Shown here: positions 1 to 9,366 of the stretch, in pieces
Layout of the letters: the number at the start of each line of letters is the position of its first letter
How positions within the stretch are numbered: the first letter of the stretch is position 1
Assembly: GCA_016206785.1 (NCBI GenBank)
Contig: JACQQV010000012.1
Coordinates: 9,176-73,175, forward strand
Source: Candidatus Omnitrophota bacterium
Lineage (GTDB): Bacteria; Omnitrophota; Gorgyraeia; JACQQV01
DNA length: 64,000 nucleotides
Direction: 5' to 3'
Notes under the pieces: generated by a model
What the model saw: the letters and a program-made list of their open reading frames with translations, nothing else
Databases searched by the model: none
Told to the model about the DNA's origin: nothing
Position numbers and translations under genes: made by a program

Positions 1-92
1 GGCAAGGGTGCCATCATAATCGAGGAAAAGGAGAAGATGTTTTGCTTGAGCGACCCGTTTTTGGAGGAAGGGCCAATGGATCCAAAGAGATT

Positions 93-431
93 TCACCCCA
101 CCACCTGTCGCGGACGGCCATAAGCCGTCCGGCTGAGCAGCCGCTTTTTGAAAAGTGCCAGCATCCTGGGATTGCGTTTGAGCGCTCGCTCACGACGTTT
201 CGCTTCTTCGACCGTTGGGTAAGTTTCAAAACCCATCAACTGCCACGGAGCCTTACGCCGCGTGTATCCGGAAAGGTGCTCGTTGTGCTCAGCCAGGCGG
301 CGCAAGATGTCCGTTGTCCATCCAACATAAGAAGTCCCATCGCAACGGCTTTGCAACAGGTACACATAGGCTATCTTTTTAGTTGGAGCGCCGCCTGCGC
401 GACAGGTGGTGAGGTCATTTCGCATGGACAT
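93..431 (-). CDS. GIY-YIG nuclease family protein (small UvrC N-terminal-like domain protein)
   Basis: The translation contains a GIY-YIG core, YVYLLQSRCDGTSYVGWTTDILRRLAEHN. The start was chosen at the internal Met (MSMRND) so that it does not run through the otsA stop at 415. Confidence 0.55.
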   Translation of the reverse strand: MSMRNDLTTCRAGGAPTKKIAYVYLLQSRCDGTSYVGWTTDILRRLAEHNEHLSGYTRRKAPWQLMGFETYPTVEEAKRRERALKRNPRMLALFKKRLLSRTAYGRPRQVVG

Positions 432-2691
432 CCCGCAGCGATGTCTCTTTCTGCCGTATCGGACGAAGTCGGGCAAGTTCACTCACAAGATCTGCTGCCC
501 AATGGTAGACATTGTTCTCTTCGAGGGCTTCATGCATCCGTGTCATCCTCGCCTTCTGTTCCTCGGGATTCATGGCTAAGGCGTAATGGATTGCGTCCGC
601 GACCTGCTCAATATCGTAAGGATTCACTAAAAGTGCATCCCGCAGTTCCCGGGAAGCCCCTGCAAATCGGCTAAGAATCAAGGCCCCACGATGATCTGTC
701 CGTGCCGCCACAAACTCCTTGGCCACAAGGTTCATTCCGTCGTGAAGTGAGGTCACCAAACAGAGGTCGGCGGCGCGGTAGAAAGGAAGGATCTCTTCGT
801 GGCTATGATGTTTTTTGAGGAACACGATCGGTTTCCATTGGCGCGTCTGGAATTTTTTGTTGATCCGTTCCGCCTCCTCGCTCAGTTCTGCACCGAGGTC
901 GTGGTATCGTTTGATGAGGGTCCTGCTGGGAGCCCCAAGTTCAATAAAAGTAAATTTTTCTCGAAAGAGGGGTCGTTTTTCCAAGAAGCGTTCGATGGCC
1001 CGGAAACGTTCGGCAATCCCTTTGGTATAGTCGATGCGGTCCACACCGACCCCCAGATACGTTGCGCTCACGCCGAGTTTCCGCAAGAGGGCCTCCCGCG
1101 TCTCCGTCACCGGCGGCTCGAGACGGAGATGAAGAGGGGTTTCTTCGACGGCAATGCTGATGGGAAACGGTTTCACCCACGTGGCATGGTCTGCGCGGTG
1201 AATGGCAAACTGCTCCCAATCAATCCTCGACTCGAGCATCCGATCGACCGTATCCAGAAAGTTATTGCAATGGAACTGAATATGGAAACCGAGGAGGTCG
1301 GCCCCTAACATCCCGTCCAAAAGCTCCCTCGCCCAAGGGCAGATGCCAAAGGCCTCCGGGTTCGGCCAAGGGATGTGCCAGAAAAGGGCCACTTTGGCGT
1401 CGGGACGTTTTTCTTTGATGAGTCGCGGCAACAGGGCGAAGTGATAATCCTGGATCAGGACGTACGGATTCTCTGTTCCTTCTAATTCTTCCAAGGTGGC
1501 CTGGGCGAACTTGGCATTGACGCGTTGGTATTGCATCCAGTCTTCGGTTCGAAAAAGAGGTCGTGTATGGGCGATATGGCACAAGGGCCAGAGTCCCTCG
1601 TTGGAAAATCCGTAGTAATAGCCTTCCTCTTCCTTTTGATCGAGCCAGACCCGCCTTAAGGTGTAGAGAGGCGCTTCCGGAGGAACTTTGAGTCTATCTT
1701 TGGAATCCACCATTTCGCGATCCACATTCCCTGCTCCATGAGCGACCCAGGTCCCTCCGCAGGCTCGAAGAATCGGTTCTACCGCCGTCACGAGTCCACT
1801 GGCCGGAACAATACATCGGGTCTCTTGGCCTTCCCGCACATGCATATACGGTTCCCGATTGGCAATCACAACAAGAGGTTTGCTTTCAAGGACTGTTCGC
1901 ACATGCTCTTTGAGTCGATCCGCAGTCCAGCGCGACTCCCCTGCATGTCGAAGTCTTGCCTCCTCCTCGGCGGCGGCGCGGGCCGTTGCAAGACTTACCG
2001 CCATGGAGGTGACCTCGCGCGCCAAAGGAGCAAACAGATCCCCTTTTGGTAACGCCTGATGTTCGGTAAACTCTCCGGAGCGGATACGCTTGATCCATTC
2101 GATGGTCTTTGCCATCGGTCGCACCAGTGTCCAACGAAGGACAAGAAGTGTGGTGAGCGAAATCACGAGGAGATGGAGCAACAAACGGATAAAGTTCTCC
2201 TTCCAGAGGCGGGTACAAGATTTTTCAATGTAACTGGCGTCGTGGAATAGAATCAAAACCCCTATTACTTTTTCTTCTTGATGGAAGGGAAGGGCTTGAA
2301 GGTGCCATCGTTTCCCATCATCGGGCAAGAAGACCCCCTGTCCCTGGTTCGTCTTCATCGCCTCGGACGCGGATTCCGGCAGGGTCTGAAATTTCGCCGG
2401 CAGACTCTGAGTCATCGCGAGGATCTTACCATCGCTCGCATAAATGGCGATACCGGCCAACCGCTCCCGGTCTCCGAACCGTTCGACCAAACGACGGAGT
2501 CCGCTCAGCTTTTCTCCTTGTACCAGGGGCTCCACCGATTCCTGAAGGCTTTCGGCCAGGACACCGGCCCGCCGCCCAAGTTCTTCCTCGAGACGCGCCT
2601 GTTCCTGTCGCACCTGGAGGGTGGCAAAGAGAGAGACAATGAGGGTGACCACGAAAACCAGTGAAAGGGTGAGTCGAAGGGTAATTCGCAT
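415..2691 (-). CDS. otsA: alpha,alpha-trehalose-phosphate synthase (GT20) carrying a ~300-aa N-terminal two-transmembrane sensor-like/HAMP-like extension
   Basis: The C-terminal ~460 aa has OtsA hallmarks (LWPLCHIAHTRP, VLIQDYHFALLPRL, ALFWHIPWP, GADLLGFHIQ). The N-terminus has TM1 (LTLSLVFVVTLIVSLFA), a ~180-aa extracytoplasmic segment and TM2 (LLLHLLVISLTTLLVLRW). Start set at MRITLRL (2691), immediately after the stop of the upstream gene at 2700; the longest ORF start is 2871. Confidence 0.75.
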   Translation of the reverse strand: MRITLRLTLSLVFVVTLIVSLFATLQVRQEQARLEEELGRRAGVLAESLQESVEPLVQGEKLSGLRRLVERFGDRERLAGIAIYASDGKILAMTQSLPAKFQTLPESASEAMKTNQGQGVFLPDDGKRWHLQALPFHQEEKVIGVLILFHDASYIEKSCTRLWKENFIRLLLHLLVISLTTLLVLRWTLVRPMAKTIEWIKRIRSGEFTEHQALPKGDLFAPLAREVTSMAVSLATARAAAEEEARLRHAGESRWTADRLKEHVRTVLESKPLVVIANREPYMHVREGQETRCIVPASGLVTAVEPILRACGGTWVAHGAGNVDREMVDSKDRLKVPPEAPLYTLRRVWLDQKEEEGYYYGFSNEGLWPLCHIAHTRPLFRTEDWMQYQRVNAKFAQATLEELEGTENPYVLIQDYHFALLPRLIKEKRPDAKVALFWHIPWPNPEAFGICPWARELLDGMLGADLLGFHIQFHCNNFLDTVDRMLESRIDWEQFAIHRADHATWVKPFPISIAVEETPLHLRLEPPVTETREALLRKLGVSATYLGVGVDRIDYTKGIAERFRAIERFLEKRPLFREKFTFIELGAPSRTLIKRYHDLGAELSEEAERINKKFQTRQWKPIVFLKKHHSHEEILPFYRAADLCLVTSLHDGMNLVAKEFVAARTDHRGALILSRFAGASRELRDALLVNPYDIEQVADAIHYALAMNPEEQKARMTRMHEALEENNVYHWAADLVSELARLRPIRQKETSLRDVHAK

Positions 2692-2699
2692 GGTAACTC

Positions 2700-4430
2700 T
2701 TAGTTTATCAGATGGAGCCTCTTCCCGTCCATCCCCTTTTGCCAAATCTTCAGAAACAGACCAAACAGGATGATGCCAGCAATACTCATCCAGAAACCGA
2801 GAAGGGGCCTCCCGAGAAGAAGATAGCCGGGTCCCAGCAAGCAGAGAAGAAAAGATGTTGTCACAACACACCAGGAGCCGATCCCTTGGAAAAGTTCCTG
2901 AAATGCCACACTTTTGCCTTCCGCAACCTTTCCCCAGAAAAGGGCGGGAGGTTTTACTTTCTCAAAAAACTCTTTTTGTCTTTGGAGGGAAGTGGGCGGC
3001 GTTAAAAAAGTGATGATGAGCGCAATTAAAAGAGACAGACTACAAGTTATGAGAAATCTGGTATCAAAGGCAAGTTTTGTCTGAGTTTCCAAAACGATGG
3101 CAATGACGAAAGAACTTGCCATGGTCCCCATCTCCGTATAAGCATTTACCCGCCACCAGATCCAGCGTAAAACGCGGACCGTCCCGAGCCCCGCCGTCAT
3201 CGCAAAGAGAAACTGCCAGACGCCCGCGATGGATTCCATCTGAAGCGCCAGCAAAAGCGCTGTCACGCCGAGGATAAGTTCTGTCACCTTTGCGGCCAGC
3301 ACATAATGTGTTGGACTTTCCCGGGGCCGTAAGAAACGGGCGTAGACATCGTGAATCAGATAACTTGTTCCCCAGTTGAGATGCGTGTCAATCGTGCTCA
3401 TGAAGGCGGCGACCATCGCTGTCACAAGGAGTCCCAGCATGCCTGCGGGAAGGACCTCTGTCATCATCTTGGGATACGCCATCTCCGGATCTTCCAGGCC
3501 AGGAAAAGTCACGGCTGCAACAAGTGCCGTCAGGATCCAGGGCCAGGTCCTCAAGACATAGTTCGCAAAGACAAACCAGAGGGTTCCTCGGTAGGCGTCC
3601 TTCTCTGACTTTGCCGCAAGCATCCGCTGCGAAAGGTAGCCGCCCCCTTCGATTTCCAATTTGTTCCACCACATGATGAGCACATAGGTGAAAAAAGCGG
3701 CCCAGGGAAGGGAAGGTCCCAGCGCATTTGCCGTCGGAAAAGGGGAAAGCATCGCCTCGGCACCCTGCGGACCAAAGTTCAGCTTAAGTTTCTCAAGAAG
3801 TCCCCCCAATCCCCCGACAGATTGGACAGACGCCCAGGCCAGGAAATACGAGCCTATCATCGCCATTGCAAATTGAAATAGATCCGTCATCACAACCCCC
3901 CAGAGACCTGAAAGAAGGGTGTATAGGATGACAAAAGAAAGAGAGAGGCTCATTGAAAAAAGAGGCTCCCATCCTAAAAGGACCTTGAGGATCTTTCCCA
4001 TCGCAAGGAGAACCCATCCCATCGTCATACAGTTGAGAAGAAGTCCGTGGTAGAGCGCTAAAAATCCCCTCAGGATACTTGCCTCTTTTCCGCTGTAACG
4101 AAGTTCGATGAGTTCTATATCCGTAAGAAGTTTAGCGCGCCGCCAAAGGGGGGCAAAGAGAACGGCAGAGGTAACCCCGGCAAACATCGCGGACCACCAG
4201 AGCCAGTTTCCGCTCACGCCATGTGTGAGGGTCAGTCCTGTGACGGCTAAGGGGGTATCGGCCGCAAAGGTTGTCGCGGCCATGCTCGTTCCCAAGATCC
4301 ACCAGGGGAGGGATCGGCCGGAGAGGAAATAGTGTTGGGGACTTAAGGAGGCCCGTTTTCGAAGGAGAAACGAGACACCGAGGGAAAGCAAAAGATAGGA
4401 AGCAAGGATAGTCCAATCAATAACATGCAT
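2700..4430 (-). CDS. sodium:solute symporter (SSF) family transporter
   Basis: A 576-aa polytopic membrane protein with an SSF-like N-terminus and overall pattern (GRSLPWWILGTSMAATTFAADTPLAVTG ... MSTIDTHLNW). Confidence 0.7.
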   Translation of the reverse strand: MHVIDWTILASYLLLSLGVSFLLRKRASLSPQHYFLSGRSLPWWILGTSMAATTFAADTPLAVTGLTLTHGVSGNWLWWSAMFAGVTSAVLFAPLWRRAKLLTDIELIELRYSGKEASILRGFLALYHGLLLNCMTMGWVLLAMGKILKVLLGWEPLFSMSLSLSFVILYTLLSGLWGVVMTDLFQFAMAMIGSYFLAWASVQSVGGLGGLLEKLKLNFGPQGAEAMLSPFPTANALGPSLPWAAFFTYVLIMWWNKLEIEGGGYLSQRMLAAKSEKDAYRGTLWFVFANYVLRTWPWILTALVAAVTFPGLEDPEMAYPKMMTEVLPAGMLGLLVTAMVAAFMSTIDTHLNWGTSYLIHDVYARFLRPRESPTHYVLAAKVTELILGVTALLLALQMESIAGVWQFLFAMTAGLGTVRVLRWIWWRVNAYTEMGTMASSFVIAIVLETQTKLAFDTRFLITCSLSLLIALIITFLTPPTSLQRQKEFFEKVKPPALFWGKVAEGKSVAFQELFQGIGSWCVVTTSFLLCLLGPGYLLLGRPLLGFWMSIAGIILFGLFLKIWQKGMDGKRLHLIN

Positions 4431-4456
4431 GGGACCTTTTCTGAATCACCCAACCG

Positions 4457-5422
4457 TCACTGAGGGCTCAAGGTCTTGAGATATTGATAGTAGTCGCTAT
4501 CCGTTGTGAGGATGACGACGGAATTCTCATCAATCGTCTTCTGATAGGTCTGAAGTGTCTTTAAAAAGGAGTAGAACTCTGGATCCTGGCTATACGCCTG
4601 GGCATAAATAGCCGTTGTCTCGGCGTCTGCCTTTCCCATAAGCCCCTGCGCTTGGCGATAGGCCTCCGAGGTGATTAATTTTAATTCCTTCCCGACCTGT
4701 CCTTCAATCTCAGCGGATTTCCCATGACCCTCTGAGCGGTATTTCTCGGCAGCGCGTTTCCTCTCGGCAGTCATCCTGTCGTAAACCTTGTTTCGGACAT
4801 TCTCCACATAATTGACCCGTTTGATGCGCATATCGATGATCTCGATGCCGTATTGAGGGGCGAGTATTTTGGCCTTATCCAAAATCGCGCGGGCGAGATC
4901 CTGCCTACCGACTCCAATGCGTTCAAGCGCCTCTTCAGACACAATGACATCCTCCCCCTCTTCCACTTTACTTTCCAAGATGCGGTTTGTGTTTCGGACC
5001 GCCTCAACCAACAGATGACCGGTGATCGCATCCCTTGTTGCGGAATTGATGATATCATCTAAGCGGGACTGTGCGCCTATTTCATTCCCCATCGACTGCA
5101 AAAATTTAAGGGCATCCACGATCTTCCAACGGGCTGTTGCATCCACCCAGATATATTTCTTGTCTTTGGTGGGAATCTGATTGGGTTCCCCGTCCCAAGC
5201 GAGGAGTCTCTTTTCGAAATAGTGCGCCGTTTGGATGAAGGGCGTTTTGAAGTGGAGTCCGCTTAAGACAATCGGTTTGCCGACCGGCTTCCCAAACTGG
5301 GTAATGACCACCTGTTTGGTCTCATCCACAATAAATAGCGCACCACTGGCAAATGCGGCGATGACTACAAAAAACAAGACGGCCACGATTCCTAAGACAG
5401 TTCCAAGGGTTCCTTCTTTCAT
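4457..5422 (-). CDS. hflC: protease modulator HflC (SPFH/band-7)
   Basis: An N-terminal TM anchor followed by an SPFH domain. It overlaps hflK by 4 nt in the conserved hflK-hflC order. Confidence 0.8.
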   Translation of the reverse strand: MKEGTLGTVLGIVAVLFFVVIAAFASGALFIVDETKQVVITQFGKPVGKPIVLSGLHFKTPFIQTAHYFEKRLLAWDGEPNQIPTKDKKYIWVDATARWKIVDALKFLQSMGNEIGAQSRLDDIINSATRDAITGHLLVEAVRNTNRILESKVEEGEDVIVSEEALERIGVGRQDLARAILDKAKILAPQYGIEIIDMRIKRVNYVENVRNKVYDRMTAERKRAAEKYRSEGHGKSAEIEGQVGKELKLITSEAYRQAQGLMGKADAETTAIYAQAYSQDPEFYSFLKTLQTYQKTIDENSVVILTTDSDYYQYLKTLSPQ

Positions 5423-6405
5423 TGTGCCGCTCCTTTCTTCGTGATATCTAACAAAGGTAGGATCGAAGATTGTTTTGGGTCAATGATATACTTGTCTTTG
5501 GCCTTGGGAAAGACCTCCGCGAGTGTTTCAAGATATAGCCTCTTTTTGGTCACCTGGGGCGCTTTCTTGTATTCGTTTAAAGTCACCAAAAATCTCTCGG
5601 CCTCCCCTTTTGCCCGGTTCACCTTATCCAAAGCATACCCTTCTGCCTCACGAATGGTCCTTTCCGCCTCCCCCTTCGCCTTGGGAATCACCTTGTTATA
5701 GGCCTCCCAGGCCTGGTTGATCATCTTCTCTTTTTCCTGTTTCGCCTCATTCACCTCGTTAAAGGCCGGCTTGACTTTCTCCGGGGGATTCACATCCAAG
5801 AGTTTCACGGTGACAATCTGGATGCCTGTGTCATACGCATCCAAGATTTTCTGTATCTCCTGCTGCGCCAGATGGTCGACCTCCTCTCTTTTGGTCGTCA
5901 GGACCTCATCGACGGTGTAATCTCCAGAAAAGCGGCGCATGACCACTTCGGAGATGTCCCGAATATTATCCTCAGGATCCCTCGTCTTAAAAAGCAATTT
6001 GACGGGATCTTTTACCTTAAACTGAACAATCCAGCGCACATCCAAGATATTGAGGTCTCCCGTGAGCATTAAAGATTCGTCGGGATAGGGCACTGGGGGA
6101 AACCCTGCTCTTGCGGTTCTACTCCCAAACTCCTCTTTAAAGATTTTTTCTACTTTGATGGGGGTCACTTTTTCAATGCCAAAGGGAATCTTGACATGCA
6201 AGCCGGGTGAACTTGAACCGATGTATTTGCCAAATCTCTGAATGACCCCCACTTCATCCGGGCCGATCGAATAGATGGCCCCCGCTAACCCTGTAAGGAC
6301 AAAAACGCCAAGGATAATCCACGGGAGAAACTTCCCCACGTTGCCCAACTTTCTTTTTCCCGCCTCGAGAATATCCTCTGGCCTTGGATTATCTTCCCAA
6401 ACCAT
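5419..6405 (-). CDS. hflK: protease modulator HflK (SPFH/band-7)
   Basis: A TM anchor plus SPFH domain (GPDEVGVIQRFGKY...) with a charged C-terminal tail. There is an AGGAGG Shine-Dalgarno upstream. Confidence 0.8.
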   Translation of the reverse strand: MVWEDNPRPEDILEAGKRKLGNVGKFLPWIILGVFVLTGLAGAIYSIGPDEVGVIQRFGKYIGSSSPGLHVKIPFGIEKVTPIKVEKIFKEEFGSRTARAGFPPVPYPDESLMLTGDLNILDVRWIVQFKVKDPVKLLFKTRDPEDNIRDISEVVMRRFSGDYTVDEVLTTKREEVDHLAQQEIQKILDAYDTGIQIVTVKLLDVNPPEKVKPAFNEVNEAKQEKEKMINQAWEAYNKVIPKAKGEAERTIREAEGYALDKVNRAKGEAERFLVTLNEYKKAPQVTKKRLYLETLAEVFPKAKDKYIIDPKQSSILPLLDITKKGAAQ

Positions 6406-6442
6406 CTCTCTCCTCCTTCTCTTTTTCCGAATCCGCCTCTAT

Positions 6443-7177
6443 TCAGCGCCGGCTTCGCACTTTGCTCAGGAGCCTTAGCATTTCAAGGTAGAGCCAGATG
6501 AGTGTCACCATGAGGCCAAACGCAGCATACCACTCCATATATTTCGGGACGCCCCGAGTGGCCCCCTGCTCGATAAAGTCGAAATCAAGGACCAAGTTAA
6601 GGGCCGCGATGACTACTACCACCAGGCTAAAACCGATGCCGATCGGGCTCGCTTCGTGGATGAGCGGGATTCTCCCGCCGAAAAAACTCATAATAAAACT
6701 GATGAGATAAACGAGGCAGATGCCGCCCGTCGCTGCGACAACGCCCAGCTTAAAGTTCTCAGTCGGTCTTATGAGGCGCGATGTATAGGCAAGTAGAAGC
6801 GCCAAGAGGGTCCCAAAGGTGAGTGCAACCGCTTGAATGACGACCCCTGGAAATTGGGCCTCAAAGACGGCGGAGATCCCACCTAGAAATAGCCCCTCCA
6901 GGGCGGCGTAGAGGGGCGCTGTCACAGGGGCCCATTCCTTTTTAAAGACGGTCGCGATCGCCACCACAAATCCTGCAAGAGCCCCTAACCATGCAAGCAC
7001 AGGGATGCCCGCCCCTGAAAGTGTCTTCCCCCAAACCCAGGATGCCGTCATGAAAAGAAGAAGGAGCGAGATTCCTGTTTTGTTCACGGTTCCTTGAATC
7101 GTCATCGCCTGGTCTGTCCTGACGGCGATGTTTGTAAAGGTCTGCGCATTCAGCGCAGGATTCGCTGTCCGCATCAT
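6443..7177 (-). CDS. Bax inhibitor-1/YccA family membrane protein (FtsH modulator family)
   Basis: A 244-aa protein with seven predicted TM segments and a BI-1/YccA-like N-terminus. It sits next to hflKC and has a good RBS (AGGAGG). Confidence 0.7.
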   Translation of the reverse strand: MMRTANPALNAQTFTNIAVRTDQAMTIQGTVNKTGISLLLLFMTASWVWGKTLSGAGIPVLAWLGALAGFVVAIATVFKKEWAPVTAPLYAALEGLFLGGISAVFEAQFPGVVIQAVALTFGTLLALLLAYTSRLIRPTENFKLGVVAATGGICLVYLISFIMSFFGGRIPLIHEASPIGIGFSLVVVVIAALNLVLDFDFIEQGATRGVPKYMEWYAAFGLMVTLIWLYLEMLRLLSKVRSRR

Positions 7178-7187
7178 CGGTAACCTC

Positions 7188-8219
7188 CTATTCTTTCTTT
7201 TCCTGTTCGTAATTGATCGCCCGGATTGGATAAGGAATCACGATTCCCTCTTTGGCATAGCGCTCATGGAGGCGTTTTACAAATTCGTGTTTGATGAGAT
7301 ATTGGTCAACGAATTCCTTTGCCCTTAAGATAACCGTGAAATTAATGCTCGAATCCCCAAAGGTGTGATACCGGATAAAGGGTTCAAAGGTCGGGACCCC
7401 CCCTTTGATTTCCTTCATGACTTCCTTCGCAACCTCGCAGGTCACCTGTTCCACCTTCTTTAAGTCACTATTATAGTGGACCCCCACCTGTACCAGGACC
7501 GCCAATTCTGTGTCGGGAAGATAATAATTCACAACGATCGCCTGGGCGAGTTTAGCGTTCGGAACCAAGACTATATTGTTGGGAAGCATCCGGATCTTGG
7601 TGGTGCGCCAGGTGATATCAATCACATATCCCTCCTCCCCGGACTCCAATTTGATATAGTCTCCGATTTTGATCTGTCTTGCGAGAGTCACATGGACTCC
7701 TGCAAAAAGGTTAGAAAGCGTATCCTGTAACCCTAACGCAACCGCAAGCCCCCCAATGCCTAAGGTGGCCAGAATCGGGGCAATGGAGATTCCGAGGCTT
7801 TGGAGAATGATTAAAAAACCGATACCGAAGACGACAATCCGGGTCATGTTTTCGGTGAGGGAGGTCGTTGGCAAAGCGCCCCCCATTTTTGCAGCATATC
7901 TCTTGACCAGCTGTGTGGAGATCTTGGCCAAGACCCATGTGATGGAAAATATCCCGAGTGAGAGCAAAATTTTCCCAGAGGCATCAACAACTTTCTCCGG
8001 AAGTTTGGAAAACTCAAGGGAAAAATAGACGGCCAATATCAAGCACCAGATCATAAATGGGCCCTTCATTGCAGAAATGACGATATCGCCAATTCCTGTT
8101 TTGGTCTTTTGAGCCCATCCGGACAGACGCCTCAACAACACATTGCGTAAGAGATACCCGATTAAAAGTGTCCCCAAGAAAATGATAAGAGGCATAAAGA
8201 CTTCGACCAACGTCAACAT
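7188..8219 (-). CDS. small-conductance mechanosensitive channel (MscS family)
   Basis: Three TM helices followed by an MscS beta-domain (LGLQDTLSNLFAGVHVTLARQIKIGDYIKLESGEEGYVIDITWRTTKIRMLPNNIVLVPNAKLAQAIVVNY). Strong Shine-Dalgarno AAGGAGGTGA. Confidence 0.8.
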   Translation of the reverse strand: MLTLVEVFMPLIIFLGTLLIGYLLRNVLLRRLSGWAQKTKTGIGDIVISAMKGPFMIWCLILAVYFSLEFSKLPEKVVDASGKILLSLGIFSITWVLAKISTQLVKRYAAKMGGALPTTSLTENMTRIVVFGIGFLIILQSLGISIAPILATLGIGGLAVALGLQDTLSNLFAGVHVTLARQIKIGDYIKLESGEEGYVIDITWRTTKIRMLPNNIVLVPNAKLAQAIVVNYYLPDTELAVLVQVGVHYNSDLKKVEQVTCEVAKEVMKEIKGGVPTFEPFIRYHTFGDSSINFTVILRAKEFVDQYLIKHEFVKRLHERYAKEGIVIPYPIRAINYEQEKKE

Positions 8220-8220
8220 C

Positions 8221-8373
8221 TCACCTCCTTGTTTTATCTTTCTCCCTGGCTTGGTTTTCGTTCTCTTCTTCTCTTCCGAGATGTCGTTTCAAGACCTTCC
8301 CAAACGAAAAGATCGCCAAACTCAGAATACATGTCCAAGCAAAGAGCATGAATATCCAACCGCTGATCCTCAT
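8221..8373 (-). CDS. hypothetical small membrane protein (50 aa)
   Basis: A start at MRISGWIF has a GGGG Shine-Dalgarno 6 nt upstream, and its stop overlaps the mscS RBS. The longer ORF annotation (start 8442) would run through a terminator hairpin, so the shorter form is preferred. Confidence 0.3.
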   Translation of the reverse strand: MRISGWIFMLFAWTCILSLAIFSFGKVLKRHLGREEENENQAREKDKTRR

Positions 8374-8384
8374 CGGAACCCCTT

Positions 8385-8433
8385 TTGTGGCATAAAACCA
8401 AAAACCGCCACCTGAGTTAAACTCAGATGGCGG
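8385..8433 (-). terminator. rho-independent terminator (copy 1 of a repeated hairpin element)
   Basis: Stem ccgccacctgagtt/aactcagatggcgg (8405-8433) is followed on the minus strand by tttttggtttta. Confidence 0.5.
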
Positions 8434-8678
8434 CCCGACCATCTAGAATACCTCCCCAGAAAAATACCTGGAGACCCAATTTTTTGCTATCTACTATTTA
8501 AGTTACAGAACTAGTATAAAGGAAATCCGGCTTAAATGCAAGAAAAATATGGCGGAGGAACTGGGATTCTCTAGGGTGGATAAAAACCTCACCCAGAAGC
8601 TGCCTAAAGACCCAACGATGCGTCTCTTCTAAGTGAGGAGGTGTTGGGTCGACGAAGCCTCTGGGTGAGTCGAGTGTT

Positions 8679-8873
8679 CTACCGACGGGTTGCCGGTTTG
8701 CTCGGCATCGTTGTTTTTGCAGCAGCAGGCTTTGAGGGTGTCGTGCTACTTTTGTAAGTGCTCTTTTTCTTTTCGGGTCGCCTCCCCATTGCCAGTGCAT
8801 CTGTTGTGACCATGCCGAACAGAAATGCCAGTACAGTCAGCAAACTGAGATACCTTTTCGCAACGTCGTCCAT
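8679..8873 (-). CDS. hypothetical small secreted/basic Ser-Thr-rich protein
   Basis: A signal-peptide-like N-terminus (LSLLTVLAFLFGMVTTDALA) with an AAGGAG Shine-Dalgarno 5 nt upstream of the ATG. Confidence 0.45.
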   Translation of the reverse strand: MDDVAKRYLSLLTVLAFLFGMVTTDALAMGRRPEKKKSTYKSSTTPSKPAAAKTTMPSKPATRR

Positions 8874-8922
8874 TTGCGCTTCTCCTTCTGTTTAGACCAC
8901 TACTATCCAACCGGTTCTTCCA

Positions 8923-9366
8923 CTAATCCAGATATGGTGCCAGCTTCATCCAGGTCTTTTTGCCGACGACCCCATCGGCCTTCAGACCATTTGCCTTCTG
9001 GAAAGCCTTGACGGCCTCTTTCGTTTTGGGTCCCATTTTGCCATCAATTGGGCCTTTGTAAAATCCGGCAGACTTCAAGGCGGTTTGGATCTGCTTAATT
9101 GATAGCGGCTGCGCGCTCGTTTCTCTACTTTCCTTCTTTTGTCTATCAGACCTCCGAGGGATTTCACGTCTCCTCTCTAATTTATCTTCCAGCCTTTCAA
9201 TTTCTTGATCCTTTCTATCTGACTCTGCCTCAAGAAGGCTAATATGTTGTTTCAACGCTGCTACTTGAGACTCCTGCTTCCTGTGGGGAGTCGCACACCC
9301 TCCTACAAGAAGGGTCAAAAGGATACTCACGACGACATTCCAAGCCAACCTTACGACTCCAGTCAT
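8923..9366 (-). CDS. peptidoglycan-binding (PG_binding_1) domain lipoprotein
   Basis: A lipobox (LLVGGCA), a coiled-coil segment, and a C-terminal PG-binding domain (LKSAGFYKGPIDGKMGPKTKEAVKAFQKANGLKADGVVGKKTW). Confidence 0.7.
   Translation of the reverse strand: MTGVVRLAWNVVVSILLTLLVGGCATPHRKQESQVAALKQHISLLEAESDRKDQEIERLEDKLERRREIPRRSDRQKKESRETSAQPLSIKQIQTALKSAGFYKGPIDGKMGPKTKEAVKAFQKANGLKADGVVGKKTWMKLAPYLD

Noticed and set aside
42-674. 210-aa plus-strand ORF and the 71-aa minus-strand ORF at 14-229
   Set aside because: Both overlap, on the opposite strand or in another frame, the well-supported GIY-YIG gene and the otsA 3' end. Neither has a recognisable motif or RBS, so both are treated as spurious.
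8498-8800. 100-aa ORF overlapping the small secreted-protein gene in another frame
   Set aside because: No RBS or signal. The overlapping 64-aa ORF has a canonical AAGGAG Shine-Dalgarno and a signal peptide, so that one was preferred.
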